Shown here: piece by piece, positions 9,101 through 20,048 of the stretch
Numbering within the stretch: position 1 is the first letter of the stretch
How the letters are laid out: each line of letters starts with the position of its first letter
NCBI RefSeq assembly: GCF_964204865.1
Contig: NC_135252.1
Location: 14,322,001-14,386,000 of the forward strand
DNA length: 64,000 nt
From: Styela clava
Taxonomy: Eukaryota
Direction of reading: 5' to 3'
Program-made: the position numbers and the translations under genes
Notes under the pieces: model-generated
What the model saw: only the letters and a program-made list of their open reading frames with translations
What the model was told of the DNA's origin: nothing
Databases searched by the model: none

Positions 9101-12011
9101 AAAAATATTCGAATTATTTCCCGGTTTAGTAATGTTTTTCTACATCTTCGTAACATGATTGATAATATTATCATCTCTCCTCACACCTTTCAATCATTTC
9201 ACCGTAAAAAGTTGAAACCGTGTGTTGGCGTCAGTCGGTCTCGTACAAATTTTTGATGATAATTTGCGGCTAATATGTACCTCGGCCATGCTAAATAAGT
9301 TGATAATTTACTTCATGGCAGACCCTCCTTCCATCTTGGTATTTCTTGAATGACGCGATTGGCTGACGACGTCATTCTTTCTCCCCAACTTGACAACAAG
9401 AGAGAGAGAGAGAGAGAAGAAAAAATACGGCAAATACCTGAACTCGACCTTCTTCTATCTATTAAACTTTTTCCTTTTCGAATGACGTATATATACGTCA
9501 TTTTGCATTGATGGCACGGAACGGTTGGCGCCAAATGACGTATATATACGTTCTTGGCATCGAAAGTGTTAATTGAATAGAATAGTCATGTTTATTCCAG
9601 CTACAGTATCCTTGCAGTATACGCATACGGATCCACTAGCATAAAGGCATAGAGAAAAGATAGGAAGTTAGTCTCGCGCAACCCAACTCAAATTTATGTT
9701 ATTGTATTCGTGGGACTTCTGTATCCATAATGGATCCTTCTAACTCTGGACTCGACAACAATTGCAAGAAAGAAATATACAAATACCACAAGAAAGAATT
9801 CGATATTTCAAATTCATTTAGCAAATTTATTTCTTGCCATTGTTGTAAACTGCTTGTCTGAGGAAGTCTGACTCTGGTCGGACGAAACGTTACAGAAATA
9901 CATTTGTGTTAGTGTGCAGCTGGACTCTTTAATTGAATAGAATAGTCATGTTTATTCCAGCTACAGTATCCTTGCAGTATACGCATACGGATCCACTAGC
10001 ATAAAGGCATAGAGAAAAGATAGGAAGTTAGTCTCGCGCAACCCAACTCAAATTTATGTTATTGTATTCGTGGGACTTCTGTATCCATAATGGATCCTTC
10101 TAACTCTGGACTCGACAACAATTGCAAGAAAGAAATATACAAATACCACAAGAAAGAATTCGATATTTCAAATTCATTTAGCAAATTTATTTCTTGCCAT
10201 TGTTGTAAACTGCTTGTCTGAGGAAGTCTGACTCTGGTCGGACGAAACGTTACAGAAATACATTTGTGTTAGTGTGCAGCTGGACTCTTTAATTGAATAG
10301 AATAGTCATGTTTATTCCAGCTACAGTATCCTTGCAGTATACGCATACGGATCCACTAGCATAAAGGCATAGAGAAAAGATAGGAAGTTAGTCTCGCGCA
10401 ACCCAACTCAAATTTATGTTATTGTATTCGTGGGACTTCTGTATCCATAATGGATCCTTCTAACTCTGGACTCGACAACAATTGCAAGAAAGAAATATAC
10501 AAATACCACAAGAAAGAATTCGATATTTCAAATTCATTTAGCAAATTTATTTCTTGCCATTGTTGTAAACTGCTTGTCTGAGGAAGTCTGACTCTGGTCG
10601 GACGAAACGTTACAGAAATACATTTGTGTTAGTGTGCAGCTGGACTCTTTAATTGAATAGATGAATCTATTAACCTGTGAATTGACGTAACATATTCTGA
10701 TCCCTCGTCAACTTGAGCATTTACATTTTCTCCCATTGCTGTTTCACATATGATGTCCAAAGCACATAGACCAACATGTTCCAATAGTTCAAAATATTTG
10801 TCCGAATTTGCAAGTTTTTGTAATCTTTCCGTGAATATCTCGCACTTATCATTCATACTTGGCAAAAAATCTTTCAGTATACTAAAAAAAAGCCATATAG
10901 GTAAAGACAGTTCTGAAATTTGATGGCCAGATTTTCTAGTTGATTGACAAGTATATAATGCCCATTCAGTTTGTTGGTAAGACTAAATTTAAATCAAAAT
11001 GTTATTAAGATTATCTGATTGCTTCTTTCTGATACCCAAATATCAATCTTTGTGAAAGAATTATAAAATCAAACTACTGGTAATATTTTTGAAGGAATCA
11101 ATTGCTTTTAATTCTGTAGACATTTATCTGCTGTTATATGCACTTATTAAGATTTTTGTAATTTGATCAACATTTTCCAACGCGACACTGGACAAATTCA
11201 GCGAAATTTATTCTATAGACTACATCTCTAATGGCAAAATTTCAAAAATTATCTGATTGCTTCTTTCTGATACCCAAATATCAATCTTTGTGAAAGAATT
11301 ATAAAATAAAACTACTGGTAATATTTTTGAAGGAATCAATTGCTTTTTATTCTGTAGACATTTATCTGCTGTTATATGCACTTATTAAGATTTTTGTAAT
11401 TTGATCAACATTCTCCAACGCGACACTGGACAAATTCAGCGAAATTTATTCTATAGACTACATCTCTAATGGCAAAATTTCAGGATTGAATTACTTGACA
11501 TTGTTTTATTCCTATAATATTTGATTATATCATAATATTATATATAGCTTGGAAAGTAAACTCAATACTTGAAGTGGAACGCAGGTGTAAGTAATTTTCT
11601 TCTAGATTTCCATTTTTCGCCTGTTGCTGTTAATAATCCAGTTCCAAGCCAGTCATGGAAAAACTTGTAGAAATACGATTTGTCCAAGTGTTCAGAACTT
11701 TTTAAAATCTCTTCTGCTGCTTTTGGACCAGTGATAAACAGAACAGGCATTGGCCCCCACCATATGCATCCTACATTGCTTTTGCAGGGTACTATGTAAT
11801 CATTGATTATCTTTATTCTGCTTGCGTATATATTGTCAGGGTAGAAATTCAAAAGCTTGATGTGTCCGACAGGTGGATACGATGTGGGTGGACCAGGAAT
11901 CTTTGAGTAAATTTTCCATTTTGTTACGAAGTTTTTGAAGAATGAAAAAGTTTTTATTATTAGCCAAGCCAGCACAACCGTAAACACTATTGCAGAAATG
12001 CTAAATGCCAT
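3189..12011 (-). CDS. Cytochrome P450, CYP4 clan (CYP4V-like), 7 coding exons; apparent frameshift in the last exon (null allele, pseudogene or assembly error)
   Basis: Coding exons (minus): 12011-11569, 10881-10675, 6268-5985, 5247-5200, 5009-4823, 3863-3771, 3446-3189, all GT-AG with matching phases. Motifs: N-terminal TM plus PGPP hinge, WLGTGLL..WKSRRKLLTPAFHF, LDIICETAMG, EEVDTFMFGGHDTS (I-helix), KESHR (ExxR), PFSAGPRNCIGQKFA (heme Cys). The summed CDS is 1520 nt, not a multiple of 3; adding 4 nt gives 507 aa. Confidence 0.93.
3934..4238. mobile_element. hAT-type MITE in CYP intron 5
   Basis: Ends cagtgatctccaaa...ttcggaaccaccg, flanked by a near-identical 8-bp duplication ctctagag/ctctggag. 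Confidence 0.65.
5550..5648 (+). ncRNA. Solo/older hammerhead-ribozyme-bearing repeat (copy A, CYP intron 3)
   Basis: tgtatgt-CTGAAGA-a-GTCTGAC-cttg-GTCAGAC-GAAAC-ggt-aca, followed by the same tail (atttgtgttagtgtgcagc) as the 360-bp units. Confidence 0.65.
6385..6484 (+). ncRNA. Solo/older hammerhead-ribozyme-bearing repeat (copy B, CYP intron 2)
   Basis: tatgt-CTGAAGA-a-GTCTGAC-cttg-GTCAGAC-GAAACGTT-acata. Helix I is tatgt/acata and helix II is 7 bp. Confidence 0.72.
6935..8253. repeat. 428-bp inverted repeat (arms 6935-7362 and 7826-8253) inside the piggyBac
   Basis: The arms are near-perfect reverse complements, for example ttgccatagtagtgcgagt vs actcgcactactatggcaa. This explains the mirrored ORFs 7291..7509(+) and 7634..7897(-). 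Confidence 0.93.
7280..7825 (-). pseudogene. piggyBac (DDE_Tnp_1_7 / PGBD-like) transposase fragment, two exons
   Basis: DSTTGYIFNVKIDYG..TSNLVLQLMESHLDRGYHVFVDR | intron 7673-7513 | LYNSVALAEELQRRKTSITGTVMANRKGLP..LKKGE..LLALLWQDKRPISILST matches the piggyBac DNxxxS, GT.R.NR and W.D.K/R.V.LST motifs. Confidence 0.88.
9854..9895 (+). ncRNA. Minimal type I hammerhead ribozyme motif (unit 1)
   Basis: ttgt-CTGAGGA-a-GTCTGAC-tctg-GTCGGAC-GAAACGTT-acag: CUGANGA and GAAA core, 7-bp helix II with one U-G pair, palindromic AACGTT helix III. Confidence 0.75.
10214..10255 (+). ncRNA. Minimal type I hammerhead ribozyme motif (unit 2)
   Basis: Same sequence as the unit 1 motif, 360 bp downstream. Confidence 0.75.
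10574..10615 (+). ncRNA. Minimal type I hammerhead ribozyme motif (unit 3)
   Basis: Same sequence as the unit 1 motif, 720 bp downstream. Confidence 0.75.
11010..11482. repeat. Tandem duplication, 2 x ~238 bp, in CYP intron 1
   Basis: attatctgattgcttctttctgatacccaaatatc...ggcaaaatttca is repeated at ~11010 and ~11248. Confidence 0.93.
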
Positions 12012-14012
12012 CTCTTACGATCAGATATTGTAATTCTTTGTAATGGAATGAACAGTTCGGATTTCTGAATATCTGAAAAATGCAAGACTTCGGTTTATAA
12101 TATAATTACGGTGACAAATCTTTATGATCTCAATTAGAACCGATCCAAAATAACATTATTGTTAATGCTATATATCAATACTAGAAAAAATTCCAGAATT
12201 TTAAAAGTTATATCTGACTTGTACATTTTAAATATGTTTGTAAATGATTTTAATTAATTAACGAATGGTCCTTCAGACATTTCAAACTCGTTGATACAAA
12301 ATTTATCCTGTATACGATTAACTGGCATTCACCTCCCGACGGATATGGTACCAATTTTACCAAAAAAATAAAAAAAATTGAATTGAAAATATTTAAATTG
12401 AATCGTAATATAATATTATGGTTTTGTGCTATATACAATTCTGTATAACTTTGTATAGAAAATCTGGCTATACCCCGACAATAATTGGGAGCCCAAGCAA
12501 ATACTTCGACATTTAAATCAAGCCTAAAACTCGAATAGCAGTCGAATAGCGTTGCCTAAGGCGTTTTCCCTCGTAATGTGTCTGAGATATATTTGTGTTG
12601 GTTTCACTTATGAACGATTGCCTGGTATGTAGATATTTTTTATAAAGTAATAAAAGTCAGGCATTGAACTCCGGCTTTATCAATAAAATATAAATAAACT
12701 ATTGTCTCAAATACTCAATAGGTTACCTGGGTATACATACTTGACAACGCATAACTTTACAACCATTTTTAATCTGATGCAAAATCTATCAAATCCGGGG
12801 GGACTTGTCTAACACTTCTCTTGAAACACTTGTTCGGCGTAGCGTAACATCGCGTGCAACGTTATTTTTGACTTTACGGGAATCAGACAGCAATGACTTT
12901 ATTATAAGTATTAGATATGACAATGAATATCCGTATTTCCTCGTTGAATTTATGACATTTTGGGTGACTCTGTTGCGACAGCGCTATTATTTTTTCTTGA
13001 AACAGAATTTAAAATTAAATTGGTTAAACATCCATTTGTCGCAAGTAGATATCGTAACAAACATATTTTCTGAATTTCGGAAAGAAAGTATATAGAAATT
13101 TATACGCAATATACCCACCGACCTGTGTACAATGACGCTTACTTAGAAGTGCCATTTGCGAGCTATGTAAAACACAATCGAAAAAACTTATCAAGCAATG
13201 AAGTTGCTGTCTGTTGCAATTCATTCATCTTGAACTATGCTACATAAAACATTTTTAAACTCGAAATTACGAGAAACATGTCGTAAAGCAATAGACGTTT
13301 GTACAACATACTTCTTGAAACACATAAAAAGTCATGATTTCATGAATTCTATTTTCTATTCCAAGAGTACAACTACTGTAATAAGTGCAGTAATTTGATT
13401 GTGTAAAACGTTTTGAAAGATAAATCATATACAAAGTAACAAATATTACAAAATTTGATTGAATGACGTCACGTGTTACCACGACTATAAGCTGAGTTTG
13501 AAATGCTATTGCTAATCCTAATACCATATACATCAAACACAAGTCTTCTACATAGTTTACATGAATACGCAAAATTTTGTTCCGTGGCGGGGCATGTGTT
13601 TGGTTCAAACACGACTCGATGTACTCGAGCTGACATTCGAATCAAGCGTAACAAAAAATACGTCATATATGGCATTGATTCTAAAAGCTCGATAAGGTGA
13701 CATTGGTTAAATTTTTTTTATTCATTTTGAACATTTACGGCAGAGATTATTATATATGTTATTCATTCAAATATTGTTGAAAAAAATATCTACTCAAAGC
13801 TAAGGTTACACAAATACTCACATAGACTACGTATTACAAGACTACTTTTCAAATTCAAGCGTGTGCGAATAGTTTATAACATACAATGATCAAATTATAA
13901 TTAGGTTTGCTTGGTGATCCTATGTCATACATAGAGATATATAAGTACCCTTATAAGTCATTTTGTATTTTAACTAAGCTTAGAAGGAATTATTTGTCCT
14001 GTATATAGAGAA

Positions 14013-17000
14013 CTAAAATCTGCAACGCGGTTTGAAAGACAGGCGACCATACATTCGTTTTCTTGCAGACTTTCGCTTTCTATCATTGTAGCGGATTATC
14101 TGCAAACTTGGGAAAGCCATGTTGCTTCTGTACATTTTCAGTAACAAATATGGAGGTTTTGTTTGCTCGTTGGAACTTGTCGTTGTTGTCGAAGCCGGTG
14201 CGATAGACGTAGTTGTAGAAGCCGGTTCGGTAGTCGTAGTTATTGCAGCTTAGAATAGTAAAATATTATCAGATAAAAAACACAAAATTTCATAATAATC
14301 ATGAGTGCATTCACATTAGACACATGTTGATGGCTAATTTAAAAAACCAAAAAAATAAAACTGAATTAAGCATAAAAATCGACTTGAATTCGAATCTAAT
14401 ACGTATTTGTCGACAAATACGAAAGTCCAATTTTGTATATAGAACATATGTTTAATGCTTCGAACCTTCATACTAAAAAAATGAATAAAATTATTCTCCA
14501 AACCAAAATCAACCAAACTAAAAAGTTTGAAATTTTGTAATAAAGACCCATCAGCATAAAACCCTCCAAACAGATACAACTAAAACCTCATCTTGCTATC
14601 ACGTCGCTATGAAACGGGTATTTAGGACGCATCCTTACATTATCACCTGACAGAATGGCAGAGATTAATAAAAATTTCACATATAAATAACTTGTTTCAT
14701 CGCTTCCATAAAGTTTGTTTGATTTTCCGACAGTGGGATTAATGATTTTATTGAAATACCTTCACAAGATATTCCATCTCCTTGAAACCCATCTTTACAA
14801 GCACATGTAAAGCTTCCTTCTGTATTCTCACACTCCGCATTTAAATGACAATTGCCATGTCCCAATGTACATTCATCAATGTCTGTAATGTTAAAATATG
14901 ATAATAAAACATATTCGATTTCTGAAATTTCAAAAGAAAGAAAAAAACTAAAGAGCTGATTGACAAATCATTACCTACGCATAGTTTTCCTTCGCTTGAG
15001 AATCCAGTGCTACAAGTGCATTCGTATGTTCCGTCGAGATTGTTACATTCTCCGTTTGCACATATTCCGGCTGCTGCACATTCATCAATGTCTAAAAATA
15101 ATATTATAGTGCAATTCTAATTGTAGCATAGTATATACGTAAGCACAGAATTTGCAACTTATGATATAAATGTGATAATTGTTATTGGACTTATGAACAG
15201 TATCAATTATGCAGACTTCCGCACCTGTACACGATGTTTTACCATCACCGGTATAGCCGTCCAAGCAGGAACATTCAAAGCCGCCTTCAATATTGATACA
15301 TCCAGCATTATCCATCGCGCAATCATGAGTACCCATGGTGCATTCGTCAACATCTTAAAAAAAGAAAACATCTTCTTGAATTTTCATAAAAATACCGACA
15401 CAATGAGGAGACTGGATTAAGAGTAGGTGTTCCTTGCGGCGCTCATTGCGTGGATATGGTAGAATACAGTTTGGGAAAAGTCCAAACGCTCATAGGCGGT
15501 CGACAGATATGATGCGGGTTATTTTTGTCGCGGCCAAAATTACAGAAATTCGTCCGGTGTAGTAACCCCGATCTATTCAGTTAATGAAGTCGTTCAAATA
15601 ATGATATCAAACACGACAAGCTCTTTTCTAAGCTCTAATTGAATTGGGGTAGCGAGCAATCGATGTTTAACGTGATTAAAGAAACAATCTTTCCTATGTT
15701 TTTCTGCTCTACACATATATATAGTCTGCTGTTACATTTTTTTTCATTGTTGGACGTATATACATTACCTGCGCAGTTTGTTCCATCCAATTCATATCCA
15801 GCTTTACATGTGCATGTATATGACATAAACGTGTTGGTACATACTTCGTTAACTGCGCATACATTTGGATCCTCACATTCATCAATATCTGTATATTTAA
15901 AATGTTTAAATAGTTTATTAGTAATGTGACAATTTTGTGGAATTTCTGCAATACTATTCCACCAGTTTCAAAATGCAAACATGATGAAAAGTTGCGATTC
16001 CTTCTTAATACTGTAAAATATTCAAACGATTTCTAGCAATATTAATATTTGAAAATGGGAATTGGGTAAGAATAAAAGACCGGATTTTAAAGTAAATAAT
16101 CCCATTTAAACAATAAAAATTTTGAAGTACTCTTTACATGAGATTAAATGATAGCTTTAAATAACAGTAATTTATATGTTTATCCGTTCTTCTTTAAGAC
16201 CGAATAGAGAGAACTTACGAATCAATTACATTGCAATACTCAACATACATGGTGTATACTCTGACTTCATACGGATGTCTTCCTTACGAAATTTTAAATA
16301 ACGGTAATATTTCAAATGAGTTTTAGCCCTTTATGTGTCATATAATTAAAAATACACTTCAGGGTCTTTATTGGAATCAAACAGACCGTACGGTCGTGCC
16401 TAATTCTCACCCACCGCAAATTGCGTGACCCCATTGCCTATTAAATGACATTATGTATATAAATATATAAAGTGCCTCAATACAAAATACAATCACTGCC
16501 AGATTGACTGGAAAAAATTCTGAATGATGTGTATTTAATGTATTTTTAATTTGAACCAGAATTATAAAAATATATTGACCAGAAAAAATGTTCGAATCTT
16601 ATGTAACTGTATATAATGTATATATATTGTATACTGTAATGTATAAGTCTATTGTACTTATCTATGTAATTATACTGTTTTTTGTGATGTATTTGGAATG
16701 AAACAACGTTAAAAAACATAAATGAAAACAATACGTGTGAATGTGATTAAATACGGCAGGAAATCTTGGATTATGACGTATATGGGACTCGTATATATTG
16801 TTCCTATATTTGATGATTTTTATGCGATAACAATATTGATAAAACTGAGTCCGAGTTAATGTAGTTCCAAATTACCTTCGCATGTGTCTCCATTGCTTGC
16901 GAATCCATCATTGCAGACGCAAATATAACTGCCTGGATTATTCGAACAAAAACCAACGATAAACCCACTGATAACACGTTTATCACAGCCATCACTTCCA

Positions 17001-20000
17001 ATCGAACATTCATCGATATCTTTAAAACATAAAACATAGGAAAATAATTTAGGTTAGTTTCAAAATTTTGTTTCTGGTGTGAGATATGTTGCAAAAATGC
17101 GTATATTTTCCTCACAGATTAATATTTATATATCAACTGTTCTTCGGCATATTTGCAAAGTACAGTACTACCATTTCTGTTTGGCGGTTAAGGTAAAGTC
17201 TTTGGAGCTTATTTACCATATTAACATTTGATCGCATTCGAACTGCATCAGGCTTTCGATTTATTACTGATTTATAAAGCTATTTCGTCTGATCACACTC
17301 AATCAATTTCATTCGATCCACTAGGTTTGTATAAGTTTTATAAATTCAATTTAAATTTTCGTAGCGAAGATATCCGAGTAAACGAAACTTGGTGTGGTGT
17401 GAAGAAGTAAATAACGATGACTTGAAGTCAGAAAATTATTAATGGTAATACCTAAACAACGTGGCACAGACATGTCCGAATCTAGTTGATATCCTTCTTT
17501 ACAGCTGCAAATATATGAACCGTCGGTGTTTTCGCAGAAAGAATTCTCCATCGTACAAATTCCTTCTGTAGTGCATTCGTCAAAGTCTGACAAAAATAAG
17601 GTTAAGACTAAGGTTGTGCATGAGGTAGTATTTTCTACAAAGTTTAATGTTTACTTACGGTATTGTGTGATAATTCTCTGTGATACTATGTTATATTTTT
17701 ATTGTACTGCTGATTTCGAAGGCCACTTGGTACACACAAATTGTTTGACAACATAAAATCATCAATTCTAACCGATGATGGGCCTACAGGTCTGCATCTG
17801 TGTATTTTCGACACGTTTCTGGGACGTGGGTCGTTTTGCCTCAAACATATTAAACCTATAAACCACACGTTTATATATAATATATATTCTATTTTTCATA
17901 CCTTCACAAGTTAGTCCGTTCCACGCGTATCCGGTAGTAAGGCAATTGCATTGAAAGGATCCTGGTGTATTCTCACAGACCGATGTTGAATCACAGTTGT
18001 CAGTTTCAAGTTTACATTCATCAATGTCTACGAGAAAGATAAATGCATTTTTTAACCAGAGAGCTTTGATAGGTATGAAGGTGAATAAATAACTGTAATC
18101 TTGTAATCATAAATCAAATGTGTAAAGCAGGGACCTTCAAGTGTACACAGCGCGATTGCGTAGGGAGGAATGCATAGATAAAGTGCTAATCATATAAATG
18201 AGTGTATTTTATTGAAGTTGTTTCAATTTTCATATGTTGTTGGATAAACTGAAATAAACAATAGGAGCAATCTATGTCATTTGTCTTATGGTTATGAGAA
18301 AGGAAATATTTGAATAAACCTACCATAGCTTTACTAATTGAAGTGCTTTGACCACAGAATATTCAAAATTGGAATTGAAATGAATATGCAAACCTAGTAC
18401 CCGAACCAAACGAAATACGTTCCTGGCAGTTTAAAATTGAATACGGTAATAATACTGAGCACACTAAAATTGAATACTGCAGTGCCAATAAGGCAGCAAG
18501 TGATTTACTTTCGATATCTGCAATAAACACTTGAGGTCACACTACTTCAAATTAAAATTTAGGATCCACGGCGAAAAAAGGTTGAGAAGCCCTGGTGTAA
18601 AGCAATAATTTCAGTATGGGTTTTTGCAACCATTCAATGTCTGTCATGCTTACACAGTAAACAGAAAACTGCGAAAACAACGAACATTGACCACTCTTCC
18701 TTTGCTGAGGACCGTGCATGAAGCCGACTATTAAACTGCTACATTTCTTCGTGAAATGTTATCAATGATATTAAAAAGATTTCAAAATAAGTAAAACATT
18801 TAAATTTCTTTCTCAATTTTAACATCCGCCATGTTCAGTGTTATACCCTTTTTGACGACTGAATGTTACATGTAAAAATATTGTGGCTAAATTTATTTTT
18901 CTCACCGGTGCAGGTATATTTTGTTTCTGTCCTGGTTTCATTGAGATCTCCAGCAATACAATTACATAAATAATAGTCTGAGTCAGGGTCCGCTGTACAA
19001 ACGGAATTTTCACCACAGGCAATATCACGATACGTGTTGCATGCATCAATCCCGTTTGGAGCTTTAATATTAATTTGTTGTGTTAATTTTTCGAACAGAT
19101 AATATTTTTTAAGAAGATAGGAAAATAATGTATTACAACATATTGCTTGAGAAATCAACAAAAGTGGTTGAAAAAAGTTTTCAAAACAATCATAGTTGTG
19201 TTAAGAGTTGAGAATCAAACACTATAGCTTTACAGCACATAAAAAACTACATTGGGCTCTTGTTCAACTAATACCGCAAATTATTACAAATTTTAAAATG
19301 ACTTTCCGAAATGTAATATAACATGTCATTATTATTTTAATGTTTTGGTATTAGAGTCATAACATTTAAAATAACAATATTCCAACTCTAATTTTGATAT
19401 AGATTTTTTTTTTATTTGATAGAAAATAGTCATACTTAAAAAACCCAAACTCGTAAATTGTGCACGCTTTGTTTCGGCTATCTCCGGAGTTGAAAATCCA
19501 CGTTGGAATGAACCTGAATTCATAATGTATATTTTACTTAAACACAATGGAATAAATTCGAAATCTATAATGTAATGAATGTTCAGTGGTTACTATTTAG
19601 CATAAAACTCTGTAAAAATTGCCTATTCTACTTCAAATGCTGTTTATGATTTATTCCCAATAGAAATTTCTTTTTTAATATCCTTCAGAGCAGAGACGAA
19701 TGAACAATTCAGAATTATTTTTGAGAGATAGTAAGATTATAACAAAATTTGATAAAACAAATATGCGACTTTCAATATATGCTCAAAATTGTTTAATAGT
19801 TTTATTTAACACTGAACAGTTTGTGCATCAAAGATTTTGATAAATAATAAATGAATAAAGCTTTCGCTATGTATTATTTTCAAGTTTTGTTCGTGTAAAA
19901 TTCATTCTAATTTTACTATACCTGATGTATCTATTGCCAATACATAATATTGACAGTCAGCACAGTTTTCTTGTGCTTGTACCGTTGGGTGAAAGAAAGT

Positions 20001-20048
20001 CAGAGACATCAGTAATGATACTGAAAATAGTTTCAAATTTTTTTCCAT
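14013..20048 (-). CDS. Secreted protein: signal peptide, family-specific N-terminal module, 7 calcium-binding EGF domains and Thr-rich tail (paralog 1)
   Basis: Exons (minus): 20048-19922, 19513-19436, 19061-18906, 18027-17902, 17586-17452, 17019-16876, 15888-15769, 15353-15225, 15091-14975, 14882-14760, 14248-14013, all phase 1. Seven exons begin D[IFV]DEC and have C.N..G[ST][FY].C.C-type consensus. The C-terminal end of the last exon is less certain. Confidence 0.9.
18128..18594. mobile_element. hAT-type MITE
   Basis: caggg...ccctg termini with a perfect 8-bp TSD gtgtaaag (18120-18127 and 18595-18602). Confidence 0.8.

Larger units (their letters stand above)
6784..9568. mobile_element. 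piggyBac-family DNA transposon, internally deleted/rearranged (~2.8 kb)
   Basis: TTAA at 6780-6783 and 9569-9572. 17-bp TIR cactttcgatgccaaga / tcttggcatcgaaagtg. Subterminal accgttccgtgcca occurs at both ends. The intact target ctggactctttaattgaatag is seen in the neighbouring repeat units. Confidence 0.92.
9571..10650 (+). repeat. Tandem array of three apparently identical 360-bp units
   Basis: aattgaatagaatagtcatgtttattccag recurs at 9571, 9931 and 10291, with a partial restart at 10651. Confidence 0.97.
6631..10661 (+). mobile_element. Retrozyme-like / Penelope-associated non-autonomous retro-insertion: 5'-inverted fragment, partial unit and 3 full 360-bp units, interrupted by a piggyBac
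   Basis: A 12-bp direct repeat tgaatctattaa lies at 6619-6630 and 10662-10673. 6629-6715 is the reverse complement of unit positions 9609-9695. Units start at 9571, 9931 and 10291, and each has a hammerhead core. Confidence 0.75.

Noticed and set aside
9571-10650. CRISPR-like or satellite interpretation of the periodic repeats
   Set aside because: The DNA is eukaryotic, the units are identical over their whole 360 bp with no unique spacers, and the TSD, inversion and ribozyme indicate retro-insertion.
12060-12085. Acceptor-like tttttcag just upstream of the CYP ATG as a spliced-leader trans-splice site
   Set aside because: It cannot be distinguished from a cis acceptor of an unseen 5'UTR intron without transcript data.
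12805-13700. Cluster of overlapping 65-113 aa ORFs between the CYP and EGF genes
   Set aside because: No recognisable motif, consistent frame or splice pattern; I cannot support a gene.
14013-20048. Fibrillin, VC70-type vitelline-coat protein or adhesion-GPCR identity
   Set aside because: Only 7 cbEGF repeats, and no TB, ZP, GAIN or transmembrane exons were found before the CYP gene.
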